Of a stretch of 64,000 nt of DNA, positions 9,343 through 19,156 are shown one piece after another. The notes under the pieces were generated by a model, which was not told the DNA's origin, made no database searches, and was given only the letters and a program-made list of their open reading frames with translations. The translations under genes were made by a program, and so were the position numbers. How positions within the stretch are numbered: position 1 is the first letter of the stretch; each line of letters begins with the position of its first letter. Source of the DNA: a virus. The DNA is taken from positions 1 to 64,000 of the IMG/VR virus record IMGVR_UViG_3300025087_000641. One strand, written 5' to 3'.

Positions 9343-9528
9343 ATGGACAATCTACGCCAATTCTCGCGGATGCTGCACAATCAGGCAGAGGTACACCACG
9401 CAGAGCATAAGGCGAGGGAAGTACAATCGTCAATGCTTTACTATCGCTTTGTGATGCGACTCATCGTGGTGCTTGTTTGTGGCGGAGTGATTTTAGCCTC
9501 TGCCATTATCCCGCAGTTCTGGAAGTAA
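9343..9528 (+). CDS. small membrane protein
   Basis: GGAGG SD, C-terminal hydrophobic helix. Confidence 0.55.
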   Translation: MDNLRQFSRMLHNQAEVHHAEHKAREVQSSMLYYRFVMRLIVVLVCGGVILASAIIPQFWK

Positions 9529-9714
9529 TACGGAATGTCTGAAAGACTCTACACCACAAAGCGCGATAGACTGCTATCCCGCCTCCGCAAGTTAGGGCTA
9601 CCCTATCCTGCCCGCGTATGGCCTCGCCTCTATCGGCGCATTGCCCAGTATCGGCCAGTGCAGTTAGCCGACATGAGGCGGGCGGTAAAACAGATGAAAG
9701 CACAGGGAGCCTAG

Positions 9715-10023
9715 ATGCAAACAGAATGCACTCTTACAATCAATAAATCCCCTAGCGGATGGGCTGTTGAGTCTGTTGTCAAATATCCCGACTGGCCTAA
9801 TCCAGTCTACACCTCGTCGGGTAACAGGACATTGGCAATTGCATTGTGGGATACCATCGGGCATTATATGAGACTCCCCGATAACCCGCGATTAGTGGCA
9901 ATTACCGTAAAGGGCAAGCCAATGACTCTATCCGAGGCTTTTCGCATTATTGAAAAAGACTTACGGGGAAGTGCGTTAGATTATGCCATTCCAGGTTATC
10001 ACAAATTCCTAGAGGAAGCCTAA
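9715..10023 (+). CDS. hypothetical protein
   Basis: GGAG SD. Confidence 0.6.
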   Translation: MQTECTLTINKSPSGWAVESVVKYPDWPNPVYTSSGNRTLAIALWDTIGHYMRLPDNPRLVAITVKGKPMTLSEAFRIIEKDLRGSALDYAIPGYHKFLEEA

Positions 10024-10071
10024 CCCGACTAACTCACCGCTTTAGTCAAGTTTGTACACGAGGAGCCGAAA

Positions 10072-10305
10072 ATGAAAACTGGTGACAAAGTTCTATGCCG
10101 CTTTTACAATACTCCAGAGGGAAAATTTTATGGTGAATATTGGGAGGGAGAGGTAATCGCTGTGCTGAGTGGTGATAAACCCTTCCTCGTGAGCCAGAAA
10201 GCACGAAACCCACTACTCCCAGACATTCGACTCCACCGCAAAGAGATTAAGCGTACCTTGAGTCGCAATACTGACGCGGAGCCAAATTCTCGTTCTATTA
10301 CCTAA
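10072..10305 (+). CDS. hypothetical protein (SH3/Tudor-like start)
   Basis: GAGGAG SD; MKTGDKVL...WEGEVIAV. Confidence 0.55.
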   Translation: MKTGDKVLCRFYNTPEGKFYGEYWEGEVIAVLSGDKPFLVSQKARNPLLPDIRLHRKEIKRTLSRNTDAEPNSRSIT

Positions 10306-10365
10306 GTCCTATATACATTTACACGGCATTAGTATGTAGTGAGAGTCAAGAGAGGATAACAGACA

Positions 10366-11319
10366 ATGCACGCCAGCTACAATATCACTGACGACAAAAT
10401 AAGACTCGACCCTGAGGGGGTACGCCTCACAGATGAGCAGTACAAACAGGCCAAAGCGTGTAATTTCGCGTGGTGGCCGGGGCGTAAAATCTTTGTCGCC
10501 AAGTGGAGTGTATCGGCTGAGGACTTTGTATTATCTCTCGTCTCCGAAATTGAGGAGAATGACACGCTTGACGACGTGGAGTCAAGAGTCGAGCGTTACC
10601 AGAAGCACGCCACAGAAGCAGAGTCAAACGCCGAGAGGTCGGCGGAATATAGTCAAGAGGCTACCACCGCCCGCAGGCGAGAATTATCACAACAGCGGGC
10701 AGAGAATGAGGCGGAGAAGGCGCTATACTGGACTCGGCGCATTTCTGGCGCAATTGAACGGGCGGCATACCGAGAACAACCCGGAGTCATTGCGCGCAGA
10801 ATCAAAGGACTCGAATCGGATGAGCGGAAATACATCAAAGAGTCAAGTGATGAGGGATGTTTAGAAGTATCCCTCTATAATGCTCGCGTGGACTTGCCTC
10901 TTGAGGGTGACATACCAGAGGGCATTGTGGGAGTGAAGACTTATAGCGTAAAATTCAACGGAGTTGAGCAATACCAGACTCGGAGCGGATACGACAGAGC
11001 CAAACTTGAGGCGGGCAAAGAACGACACAAGACTCTGTATACTCGAATGCTTGCCCATGTCCGGCAACGACTCGAATACGAGCGGGCATTACTCGCGGCA
11101 GCAGGTGGACTCCCAACAGATGGTAAGACTTGGGAGGTCGGAGGAGCGGTTTTGATGGGGAATGAGTGGCAAGAGATAATCAAGGCCAATCGCACCACCT
11201 TTAACGCCAAGTCCCGCTATGGAAGCCACATCAAATATCAAAAAACGATGGCTAAGGGACTTATGACCGCAGAACAATATCAGGCATATCAGCGCGGGGA
11301 ATATTCCCCAGAGGCGTAA
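10366..11319 (+). CDS. DUF3560-like protein
   Basis: ASYNITDDKIRL...FAW...IFVAKW N-terminus, YW..R, P.VIARRIKGLESDERK, HVRQRLEYERALL; family normally linked to a methyltransferase. Confidence 0.7.
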   Translation: MHASYNITDDKIRLDPEGVRLTDEQYKQAKACNFAWWPGRKIFVAKWSVSAEDFVLSLVSEIEENDTLDDVESRVERYQKHATEAESNAERSAEYSQEATTARRRELSQQRAENEAEKALYWTRRISGAIERAAYREQPGVIARRIKGLESDERKYIKESSDEGCLEVSLYNARVDLPLEGDIPEGIVGVKTYSVKFNGVEQYQTRSGYDRAKLEAGKERHKTLYTRMLAHVRQRLEYERALLAAAGGLPTDGKTWEVGGAVLMGNEWQEIIKANRTTFNAKSRYGSHIKYQKTMAKGLMTAEQYQAYQRGEYSPEA

Positions 11320-11321
11320 CG

Positions 11322-12017
11322 GTGACGGATTATACCGCCCTCGCCAAACGTGCTATAGCAAAGTCGGCAGAGTCAAAGAGCCGACTCGCCACTATCCGCA
11401 GAGAGGCGCAGGAAGATGTAGACCGACTCCGAAAATCAGCCGAGGGGCTAGAGGTGGCGGGCAAACAGCGGGCAGAGGTAACTCGGCTTGTGGAGTACAG
11501 GATTGATGGATTCTTCCCCACTCCGAGAGAATTAGCGACTCGCATGGTCTTACTCGCCAGCATTGAGCCGACTCATCGCGTATTGGAACCATCAGCCGGG
11601 GCAGGCCATATAGCCGACTCTATCCGTGAGGTTTGCCCCAATTGCGCCCTTGTGCTTGTTGAGTGGAATTGGAGTCTGTGCGAGGCACTACGGCGCAGAG
11701 GATACAATCCAGAACAAGCAGATTTTATTGAGTGGCAAGGCGGAGAGTTTGACCGAGTTGTAATGAATCCGCCCTTCGAGCACGATCAGGATATAATCCA
11801 CATCCGCAGAGCATTTGACATGCTGGCAACGGGCGGGCGACTTGTGGCGATTGCCTCAGCCGGTATCCTGTTCGGAAATGGCAGGCGGGCAGAGTTCCGC
11901 CAATGGCTAGACGGGCAGGGAGCCGAAGTTGAAAAATTGCCCGAAGACACATTTAGGCGAAGTGATAGGCCGACGGGTGTACAAACTTGCCTAATTGTGA
12001 TTGACAAGCGAGGCTAA
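11322..12017 (+). CDS. N6-adenine DNA methyltransferase (gamma-type)
   Basis: FFPTP, VLEPSAGAG, VVMNPPF motifs. Confidence 0.85.
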   Translation: MTDYTALAKRAIAKSAESKSRLATIRREAQEDVDRLRKSAEGLEVAGKQRAEVTRLVEYRIDGFFPTPRELATRMVLLASIEPTHRVLEPSAGAGHIADSIREVCPNCALVLVEWNWSLCEALRRRGYNPEQADFIEWQGGEFDRVVMNPPFEHDQDIIHIRRAFDMLATGGRLVAIASAGILFGNGRRAEFRQWLDGQGAEVEKLPEDTFRRSDRPTGVQTCLIVIDKRG

Positions 12018-12235
12018 CATGGTAAAAAGTCAGTGGAGTGAGCCTTATTATGGACTCTCGCACAGGCGAATCGGAACCATACAGTTAACCGTGTGCAATA
12101 GGGGGAATTTCATAGAGGCGTATGCCGTGAACATTGCCAATAAACCATTTACGGTTTCAATCGCAGAGCGAATATTTGACGTTGGCGAACTGACAAAGGC
12201 AAAGAGATACCTAGAGAGAAAGGTTATCGGGTAAC

Positions 12236-12508
12236 ATGGCCGACTGGTATCAGGGATATTCACCCGACACCACAGACAAGGACGCTACCCGACTCTTTGA
12301 ACAGAAATTCGGGTATCTGCCCTTTGCCTTGCGCCGTGACCCATCTAGCGTACAGGTTGGGCCTGTCGGCAAGCGTTCCTATGTGGCGGGTGACAAGATT
12401 ACACGAGGCGGGCAGAGTTATACAGTGGTGGAAGTAGAGAAAACATTAGCGGGCTATACCATCCTCGCCGCTGGGCAGGATGGGGAGCCAGAAGTTTGGG
12501 AGGTCTGA
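12236..12508 (+). CDS. hypothetical protein
   Basis: Tightly packed ORF. Confidence 0.55.
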   Translation: MADWYQGYSPDTTDKDATRLFEQKFGYLPFALRRDPSSVQVGPVGKRSYVAGDKITRGGQSYTVVEVEKTLAGYTILAAGQDGEPEVWEV

Positions 12509-12771
12509 CAATGATTGTATATAAGCGTTGGCGCGTATTGAAAAGGTTTGGCAAGGCGGATTTGTGCGATGGGTGGTTCTTGTTCGGATTCATTCCCCTC
12601 TATGTCCGCATAATTGAGGCACAATGAAAACTCTCACCCTCTCAACAAACCTCCCCCAGTGGGTTTTAGAGGTCATTGAATTTGTGCTGGTAGTCCTCGC
12701 TCAGTTATTTGATTGCGAGGTACATAGTTCTATCATTCCGCAGAAGTAACACCACGGAGAGCGAGGCAGAC

Positions 12772-13029
12772 ATGGAACGCAAAGAAGGGCGCATTGGAGA
12801 ACCACAAGAGTATGTTGAGTTTGACTTGGGGAAAAAGTCAATTATCGCCCAAGCATCTGGCGAGGATTGGGTTGTATATCTTAACTATCACGGCAAGAAG
12901 GCTCCAGTTAGGACTCTCGCATACTTTAGCCACAAGCAGAGAATGATAGGCGCGCATTCCGTGAAAGATTCCGCCGTATCCGCTGCAGAGGTAGCGGCTA
13001 AGGCGCTTGACGCAGACTCCAGGCTCTGA
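12772..13029 (+). CDS. hypothetical protein
   Basis: GAGG SD before ATG 12772. Confidence 0.55.
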   Translation: MERKEGRIGEPQEYVEFDLGKKSIIAQASGEDWVVYLNYHGKKAPVRTLAYFSHKQRMIGAHSVKDSAVSAAEVAAKALDADSRL

Positions 13030-13058
13030 CAGTTGGGACATACCACTAGGAGGCCACT

Positions 13059-13460
13059 ATGGGGCCGTATTGCAAATTCTGTGACAACCGTTGCTTTGTA
13101 CACTTCCCAGACAACACGCCCGACTACATTCTGCGTGCTTACGGGACATGCAACATCATCGCCACTTGCCGAGGGGGGCAGAGATTCGAGAAAGAAAAGA
13201 TTGGCTATTGCTATGATGACATCATGGTGGAGATTTCAAAAATGAACAAATTTGTATGCGCCACTTGTGGCACTGAGCACATTGGGGATATTCCAGACTC
13301 TTGGATTACTCGTGGTGAACCACAAAATGAGATTCACTATTGTTCAAGAGCCTGCCTAGAAAAAAGAATATTTGAATCCGACGAGTGGCAAGATGCACTC
13401 CGGGAAGCATTGGCAGACATTGGCGAAACGCTAGACGACGAGGACACAAGTACCGATTGA
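13059..13460 (+). CDS. Cys-rich hypothetical protein (Zn-finger-like)
   Basis: AGGAGG SD; CKFC, CATC, YCSRAC motifs. Confidence 0.6.
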   Translation: MGPYCKFCDNRCFVHFPDNTPDYILRAYGTCNIIATCRGGQRFEKEKIGYCYDDIMVEISKMNKFVCATCGTEHIGDIPDSWITRGEPQNEIHYCSRACLEKRIFESDEWQDALREALADIGETLDDEDTSTD

Positions 13461-13505
13461 CATTTACTCAGTATTAGTTACCATCAGAGATGAGAGGAGC
13501 CTAAA

Positions 13506-13916
13506 ATGGGAACAAGAGCAGATTTCTACATTGGCAAGGGCAAGAAAGCAGAGTGGCTTGGGAGTATTGCTTGGGATGGATACCCAAAAGGCATTCCGAA
13601 AAAAGTCCTCGAGGCCAACACCGCAAAAGATTTCCGAAAACTTGTTGCGGAACTTCTAAAGAGTCGGGATGATGGTACGACTCCCGAAATGGGTTGGCCG
13701 TGGCCGTGGGATAACAGTTGCACAACAGATTATGCCTATGCTTTTGAGCATGGCAAGGTGACTGCATCCTGCTATGGGAGTAAATGGTTTGGCCCGCTAA
13801 AGAAATTGCCAGAGAATTTGCCAGAAACAGCCGTCTTTCCAAATATGAAGGGTGTCCAGAAAGTTGCCTTTGGGCAGCGTAGCGGGCTTATCATTATCTC
13901 CGCGAGTAGAGAATGA
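13506..13916 (+). CDS. phage hypothetical protein
   Basis: GAGGAG SD; MGTRADFY...AWDGYP. Confidence 0.7.
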   Translation: MGTRADFYIGKGKKAEWLGSIAWDGYPKGIPKKVLEANTAKDFRKLVAELLKSRDDGTTPEMGWPWPWDNSCTTDYAYAFEHGKVTASCYGSKWFGPLKKLPENLPETAVFPNMKGVQKVAFGQRSGLIIISASRE

Positions 13917-14094
13917 AAAAAGGAAAGAACAAATACACCACTGCCGAGGGGCGCAAGAATTCACACTCGCGGGATTGCGTGGAGCCTAAATGTCAAGGCA
14001 CTCCACCGTATGACGGGACAAACGAATCTGTGTGTTCTGCGTGTGGCGAGTTTATGCCATGCGAGGGACACAAATGCAAAGAGAGGCAAATAAA

Positions 14095-14310
14095 ATGACA
14101 AAAGACATCATTACCCAACCCGAATATGTTACACAGGAGCATCTTGAATTCTTGGATGAGTTGCGCGAGTCGGGCGTAACAAATATGTATGGCGCAACAT
14201 CCTATCTTGTGGATGAATTTGATATTGAGGAAAAGATTGCCCGCCAAGTTTTGACATATTGGATGAAAACATTCGGAGTTCGTCATCCAGTTCAAGGGAC
14301 TAAAGCATAG
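14095..14310 (+). CDS. phage hypothetical protein
   Basis: FLDELRESGVTNMYGA motif; GAGAGG SD. Confidence 0.65.
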   Translation: MTKDIITQPEYVTQEHLEFLDELRESGVTNMYGATSYLVDEFDIEEKIARQVLTYWMKTFGVRHPVQGTKA

Positions 14311-15204
14311 CATTAGCCAAACTTGTACAAAAGAGAGGACTCTGAAATGAGAATCTATCACCACAAAGCAACTGGAGTAGGCGGGAACGATTCGGAAGCA
14401 TGGACTCTAATTCTGCTTGCCGAGGAATACAAAACCATCTTTCCGCCCCTGGCCTTCAAAGAAGTATACAACCCACATTATACAGAGGTTCGATTCTTCT
14501 GCGAGAACGGGCAGGAGGCGGAGTCGTTTGCCCGCAATCACGGGATTCAAATTCTGGAGGCATAATGAACACCTGCAATTGCCTTGCCTGCAAGCCCGCT
14601 AATGCGCCACAATTGCCAGTTGAGAAATGGAATGCTGGACAGCGAGTCAAGTATGTCTGGCACAGAGATTCAGACAAAGAGCCTATCACGCGGTATGGAG
14701 TCATTGTGGACTCACCCGAGGATTGGTTCAAGTATCCGATAGAGGACGGCGTATACGTCCTTTCGGACGGCAGACCATACACGCTCAGTAATGGATACGC
14801 GGGATTCATGCGGTGGTGGAATTGGGACATCACTGGGGAAATCTCCATCAAGTATGGCGGGGGGAACTATTCGCCATTGATGGAGGCGTAGCCGTGAACT
14901 TTACATGGCAACAGGCCTGGGACTTTGCGAAGTCTCAACCATATGAACTCCAGACTGGGACAATTTACAGACTCAATGTTGAGATTTACGAATTCTTGGC
15001 GTTTGCCTCGGATGACGTACAACTTGAGGTGCTCAAGTTCGCGCCGGATTACATCATTGACCTATTCAAAGACAAGAGACGCAAGTACGTCAAGATAGTT
15101 GACGGCAAAGAGCATATCGGGTATCTTCCGATCATAAAGCCTGATGTGCTTGCACAACTTGACAGGGGAAAGGTAGCAGAGAGCCACAAACCAAAACGAA
15201 AGGG

Positions 15205-15468
15205 ATGCCACGGCAAAAAATGACTAAACGAATGGGCGCACCTCTAAAGCGAGACTCTAAACTACTCACCACCGGAATTACTCAAGCACTTGAGGAAAGG
15301 TATGAGACTTTTGCAAAGGCAGGATTCACCACCAAGACAAACCTCAAGCGCCTCGCCCTAGAATATGTGATTGAAGAAATTGACGCTGGCAGACTCGCGG
15401 TTAGGCGTAGTGGCGGAGAAGCACATATTACTGCCGTACCATTGCCAGAACATCAAGAATCGGCATAG
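15205..15468 (+). CDS. possible ribbon-helix-helix DNA-binding protein
   Basis: Basic N-terminus (RMGAP), short strand, then helices ending TKTNLKRLALEY. Confidence 0.4.
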   Translation: MPRQKMTKRMGAPLKRDSKLLTTGITQALEERYETFAKAGFTTKTNLKRLALEYVIEEIDAGRLAVRRSGGEAHITAVPLPEHQESA

Positions 15469-15764
15469 ACTGTGCATTAGTCAAGTTTGTATATGGAGGG
15501 TATAATGACCACCGTAGTTATCATTACCGCTGGCGTTACAATCGTGGTGTTTTCTAGCCTTGTGGTGACATGCCTCTGTGTATTTAGTTCGCAAATATCA
15601 AATCGCAAATGAAAAGTATCTCTGTATACTCTCTTGGAAATGGACAACTTGCCGTAGTGGTGGAGGGTGAGGAGTATAAGGTGTTTGATACACCACGAGA
15701 GGCAAGGGAGTATATTGATTCTGTGAACAAGGGGCGTCCAGTAAGAGAAGAAGAGGAAAAATGA

Positions 15765-16001
15765 ATGGCTGCGATTGATAAAATTTACGGCACAAATAAA
15801 CAGTACGATGAATTCAGGCGGTGGTGTTCAAGGTATAAGCCAGAAGCACTGGTATATTTCTACGAGTGGTATGGCGAGTACGGGGACAATGAAAGTCATG
15901 CCATAACAAACTTCCCAGAACGAATTGACCGCTGGATGTTGAAGAATTGCAAGATTGATTGGGTTGTGGCGTATATCAAAGACCAATACGGAGAATCGTA
16001 A
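15765..16001 (+). CDS. phage hypothetical protein
   Basis: GAGGA SD; MAAIDKIYG. Confidence 0.6.
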   Translation: MAAIDKIYGTNKQYDEFRRWCSRYKPEALVYFYEWYGEYGDNESHAITNFPERIDRWMLKNCKIDWVVAYIKDQYGES

Positions 16002-16325
16002 AATGCCAGATATAAAATCATGCCCATTCTGTACACCACAGAAACAGAGGGAGCCTAAAATACCTGATGAAATGGAAAACAAGCACATCACAGAATGCCT
16101 ATTGGACGATGGGAACAATCACCACATATGATTTCAGCAGCGGTGATCGCAATGCATACAGCAAGCCGGAATACGGCAATTTGAAACTGGTGTATCTCGG
16201 ATGTGGCGTTCTCTATTCACTTGACGGAAAACGCCAGAACTCTACATACAAAATGCACTTCTTCCGAAAGATTGGTTTCTGACACTAACACATTGGAATA
16301 GTCAAATTTGCACAAAAGACCGCCC

Positions 16326-16353
16326 TTGACAGAATCAAGAAATGTCATACAAT
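16326..16353 (+). promoter_or_regulatory. sigma70 promoter with overlapping TGACA/TGTCA inverted repeat
   Basis: TTGACA-N16-TACAAT; dispersed motif copy directly upstream at 16299. Confidence 0.65.
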
Positions 16354-16377
16354 CTACGCCACAAATGGCTTGCCGGA

Positions 16378-16488
16378 GCCGAGACTGGGTACTAAAAGAA
16401 AATCACTCTCCGCATGGGAAGTGGTTGTTTAGAATCAAGTACCCAGATTCGACAACATCGGCCCATTTTCCATGCGAGGAGTGATTTT
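16378..16488 (+). ncRNA. candidate structured leader RNA (long stem-loop with loop complementary to upstream sequence)
   Basis: AAAATCACTCTCCGCATGGGAAGTGG pairs with CCATTTTCCATGCGAGGAGTGATTTT; loop AGTACCCAG complements CTGGGTACT at 16385-16393. Confidence 0.5.
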
Positions 16489-16493
16489 GTTTT

Positions 16494-16790
16494 ATGAAAG
16501 CATACAAGCCAAACACAATTATGAACGGCCACAAGTCAGATGTACCCGACCTCACCACCAATGAGACTGGCAACAGACTCCGCGCAGAACTATCCCAACT
16601 GCCTCACACAGTCAAAGACAATGAGATATGCCTTGAGACTCCTGTAAAACTCAAGGTGCTATCCTTTTTGATTGACAAAGGCTTTCTGTGGAGTGAGCAC
16701 GTGGTGAGTCGAATCTCGCAGAATTGCCTTATCAACAGTCGAAATGAGGGCAAGGCTTGGTGGACAATTGCCGACTACAAGATTCTGTGA
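16494..16790 (+). CDS. hypothetical protein
   Basis: GAGGAG SD located within the leader stem. Confidence 0.55.
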   Translation: MKAYKPNTIMNGHKSDVPDLTTNETGNRLRAELSQLPHTVKDNEICLETPVKLKVLSFLIDKGFLWSEHVVSRISQNCLINSRNEGKAWWTIADYKIL

Positions 16791-16820
16791 CACCACAAAC
16801 GCCCTCTACATTATCCCGTA

Positions 16821-16895
16821 ATGGCACGGCAAGGCAGGGCCAGGCGTGGCTCGGCTGGGCCGGGCAGGGTACGGCATGGCGAGGCGGGGCAAGGG
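16821..16895 (+). repeat. pentamer tandem repeat (NNGGC)x15
   Basis: atggc acggc aaggc agggc caggc gtggc tcggc tgggc cgggc agggt acggc atggc gaggc ggggc aaggg. Confidence 0.85.
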
Positions 16896-17399
16896 AAAGA
16901 CTTGAAAGAGTACATTGATGACACCACAGACAAAGCGCCAGCGCAGATTCGCATACCTCACAGAACAAACAATGCTGCGTGAGTGCATTGAGTCTGAACG
17001 TCTCTTGTCTGTGGCGTCTGACAACACCCTGCCAGAGGACGACGGAGACTGGAACAACTCGGATGGCGACGAGAAGGACGACGATGGAGATTGCTAACAA
17101 TGTTCACCTATTCAAATCGGCCAGAACCATGTGGGGGATGTGGCGCATTACCGGAATGGTATAAAGGCGAGGAACGATGGTGTTGGAGTTATAATCACGC
17201 ATTTCAATGTATCGTCTTACAGCAAGATTTTGAATCTGCGCGGAAATATGCTGAGAGACTTTTCAAGATTGCAAAGTCCAAACTTAATGGCGATGAACAA
17301 GACAGCCCGATTTGATTGTTTTGTGCGAATTTTGCCATACTAAATTCCATTCCGAACTCAATCGTTCAATACGCATGTACTCCGGCATATAACGAATAT

Positions 17400-17650
17400 C
17401 TAGCCCGACTCTACTCCTGAAAACCGGCAGGATAAGAGGGTCATATCCGAAAACCCATTTCCAGGGATTGAGCCGAACAAGGCTGGAATAATGGGACTTA
17501 GGCGAACAGTCAGCGCCGATTCACTTAATGGATCGGAAGTGCGGAACTCGTTGCTGAAACATTTATAACAAAACCCCTGCCCCTCTGCCGTAAGGCAGAC
17601 TACCCAACTAGCAACCGGAGGTGGTAGGCAGGTCGCAGACTGGCTCACTG
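17400..17650 (+). ncRNA. candidate multi-stem structured non-coding RNA
   Basis: Nested stems including TCTGCC-GTAA-GGCAGA, CCTGCC/GGCAGG, CAGTCAGCG/CGCAGACTG, CCGATTCA/TGGATCGG; no convincing ORF. Confidence 0.45.
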
Positions 17651-17774
17651 CATAATTTTTTTGTGGCGGACAGCATTAGAGGGAGAAGTTGCGTCTACTC
17701 GCAAGACTGGCGCAGAATGTTCAACACAGACATTCTCTCTCACTGTGGCGTCACCACTGATAAAAGAGGGCGAT

Positions 17775-18008
17775 ATGCCAGACAGAGACGTAACAGACCT
17801 CATAAAACGAGGCTATGTAGACGACGAGTGTATGCCGATAGAGAAATGCGTCTGCGGAGCCGAATTCAAGTCGTGGACTTTCATTATCAGCATTTACAAA
17901 GATCATGCTTATGAATGTCCAAAGTGTGGTAGAAAGTTGTATTTTACAATGAGGGTGCGCGTGTTTGAAGTGGTGGATACGCCACTGGAAAGCGGGACAG
18001 ACTCTTGA
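17775..18008 (+). CDS. Zn-ribbon hypothetical protein
   Basis: CVCG...CPKCG; GAGG SD. Confidence 0.6.
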   Translation: MPDRDVTDLIKRGYVDDECMPIEKCVCGAEFKSWTFIISIYKDHAYECPKCGRKLYFTMRVRVFEVVDTPLESGTDS

Positions 18009-18275
18009 CGGACTCGCCAGTCCCTTTCACTGTGGCGTAACCTCTATGAAAGAGACTAGCACGCCTCGAAAGACAAACGACTTTTACCGCTATCCGAGAA
18101 CGCCACGACGAAAGAATAAGCAAGTTGTTCAGACACACGCCGAGAGAAATTGAGGGAGCCTAAAATGACAAATCCACAGTATTATACAAATTTGCATACA
18201 GAGAGCCGAATTTGTCATAGTACCAAAAGACTATACAAACGATAGATAGTGGTGGTATAATGTCAGCATAGAAAT

Positions 18276-18605
18276 ATGCTACGAATGAAACGCGGGAGTG
18301 CCATTTCAACGATGAATAAAATCATGGCAGATTTGGATGCCGAGGAAGGCATTACCAAAGAGATGCTTGATTTTGTTGATTTGGACATTGAATTTAGTCC
18401 AGTCTTAGCATTTCGTGGCGAGAGTCTCGGTCAAGAAGTTGAAGTTGTGCCAACGCAGGGCGCGAGATATATTATTCGCCATCCAGCGATTTCCTCATCT
18501 ATTGGAAAAGAAGAACTAAAGAGGATGCGACTTAGATACCTGCTGAAATATAAGGCATGGCAGAGACAGAACTTCGCGCCACTTATTGAAAAACTACACC
18601 AATGA
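18276..18605 (+). CDS. hypothetical protein
   Basis: Downstream of TGgTATAAT at about 18253-18261. Confidence 0.55.
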   Translation: MLRMKRGSAISTMNKIMADLDAEEGITKEMLDFVDLDIEFSPVLAFRGESLGQEVEVVPTQGARYIIRHPAISSSIGKEELKRMRLRYLLKYKAWQRQNFAPLIEKLHQ

Positions 18606-18796
18606 AACGCAACCGAATCAATCCAGAGGCACTAAAACTCGCACAGCAATGGGCAGAACAGACATATCCAACCGAACGGTGGTGTCCTCGTTGTGGGATA
18701 TACCAGCAAGTCAAGCAAAAGGAATGCGACGAGGTGTGTCTGTATGTTTGCGTGGTGTGCGAGAATCCAATAGACGAAAGCGCAAGTCCGTTTTAG
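18602..18796 (+). CDS. Zn-ribbon hypothetical protein
   Basis: CPRC...CVVC, ATGA overlap. Confidence 0.55.
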   Translation: MKRNRINPEALKLAQQWAEQTYPTERWCPRCGIYQQVKQKECDEVCLYVCVVCENPIDESASPF

Positions 18797-18808
18797 AGGA
18801 GAGACACA

Positions 18809-19156
18809 ATGAAAGACAATAGCAGAACAGAACGCGCATTTATCTGGTCAAGCCGTGCCTGGTATGCGGACGCCGTGCGCGATGGCGAAGAAATAATGTT
18901 TGGTATGTACGCAAAAGAGGGTGGAACGACTGGTGAGATGGGGATGCGGTGGAAAGACCTCGGCGGAAAAAAGAGGGTGCCTCAATTGCAAGTTTTTGAT
19001 GATGCATGGGAAACTCTTGCAATGTTTCCAGACCTCATCAAAGCATTGGGCGAACACGACAACAAAAATATAACACCACAGGAATTTGTTGACATTCTTG
19101 TGGTGTGTGGATTCGCAGATTTCACAGAATATGAGAGAGGCGTGGCGCGAGGATGA
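18809..19156 (+). CDS. phage hypothetical protein
   Basis: GAGGAG SD, 115 aa. Confidence 0.65.
   Translation: MKDNSRTERAFIWSSRAWYADAVRDGEEIMFGMYAKEGGTTGEMGMRWKDLGGKKRVPQLQVFDDAWETLAMFPDLIKALGEHDNKNITPQEFVDILVVCGFADFTEYERGVARG

Noticed and set aside
7265-16392. GCCGAKACTGGGTAC shared at 7265 and 16378, with a 12-nt complement at 9644
   Set aside because: Matches of this length are expected by chance in 64 kb, so they cannot support a trans-acting antisense network
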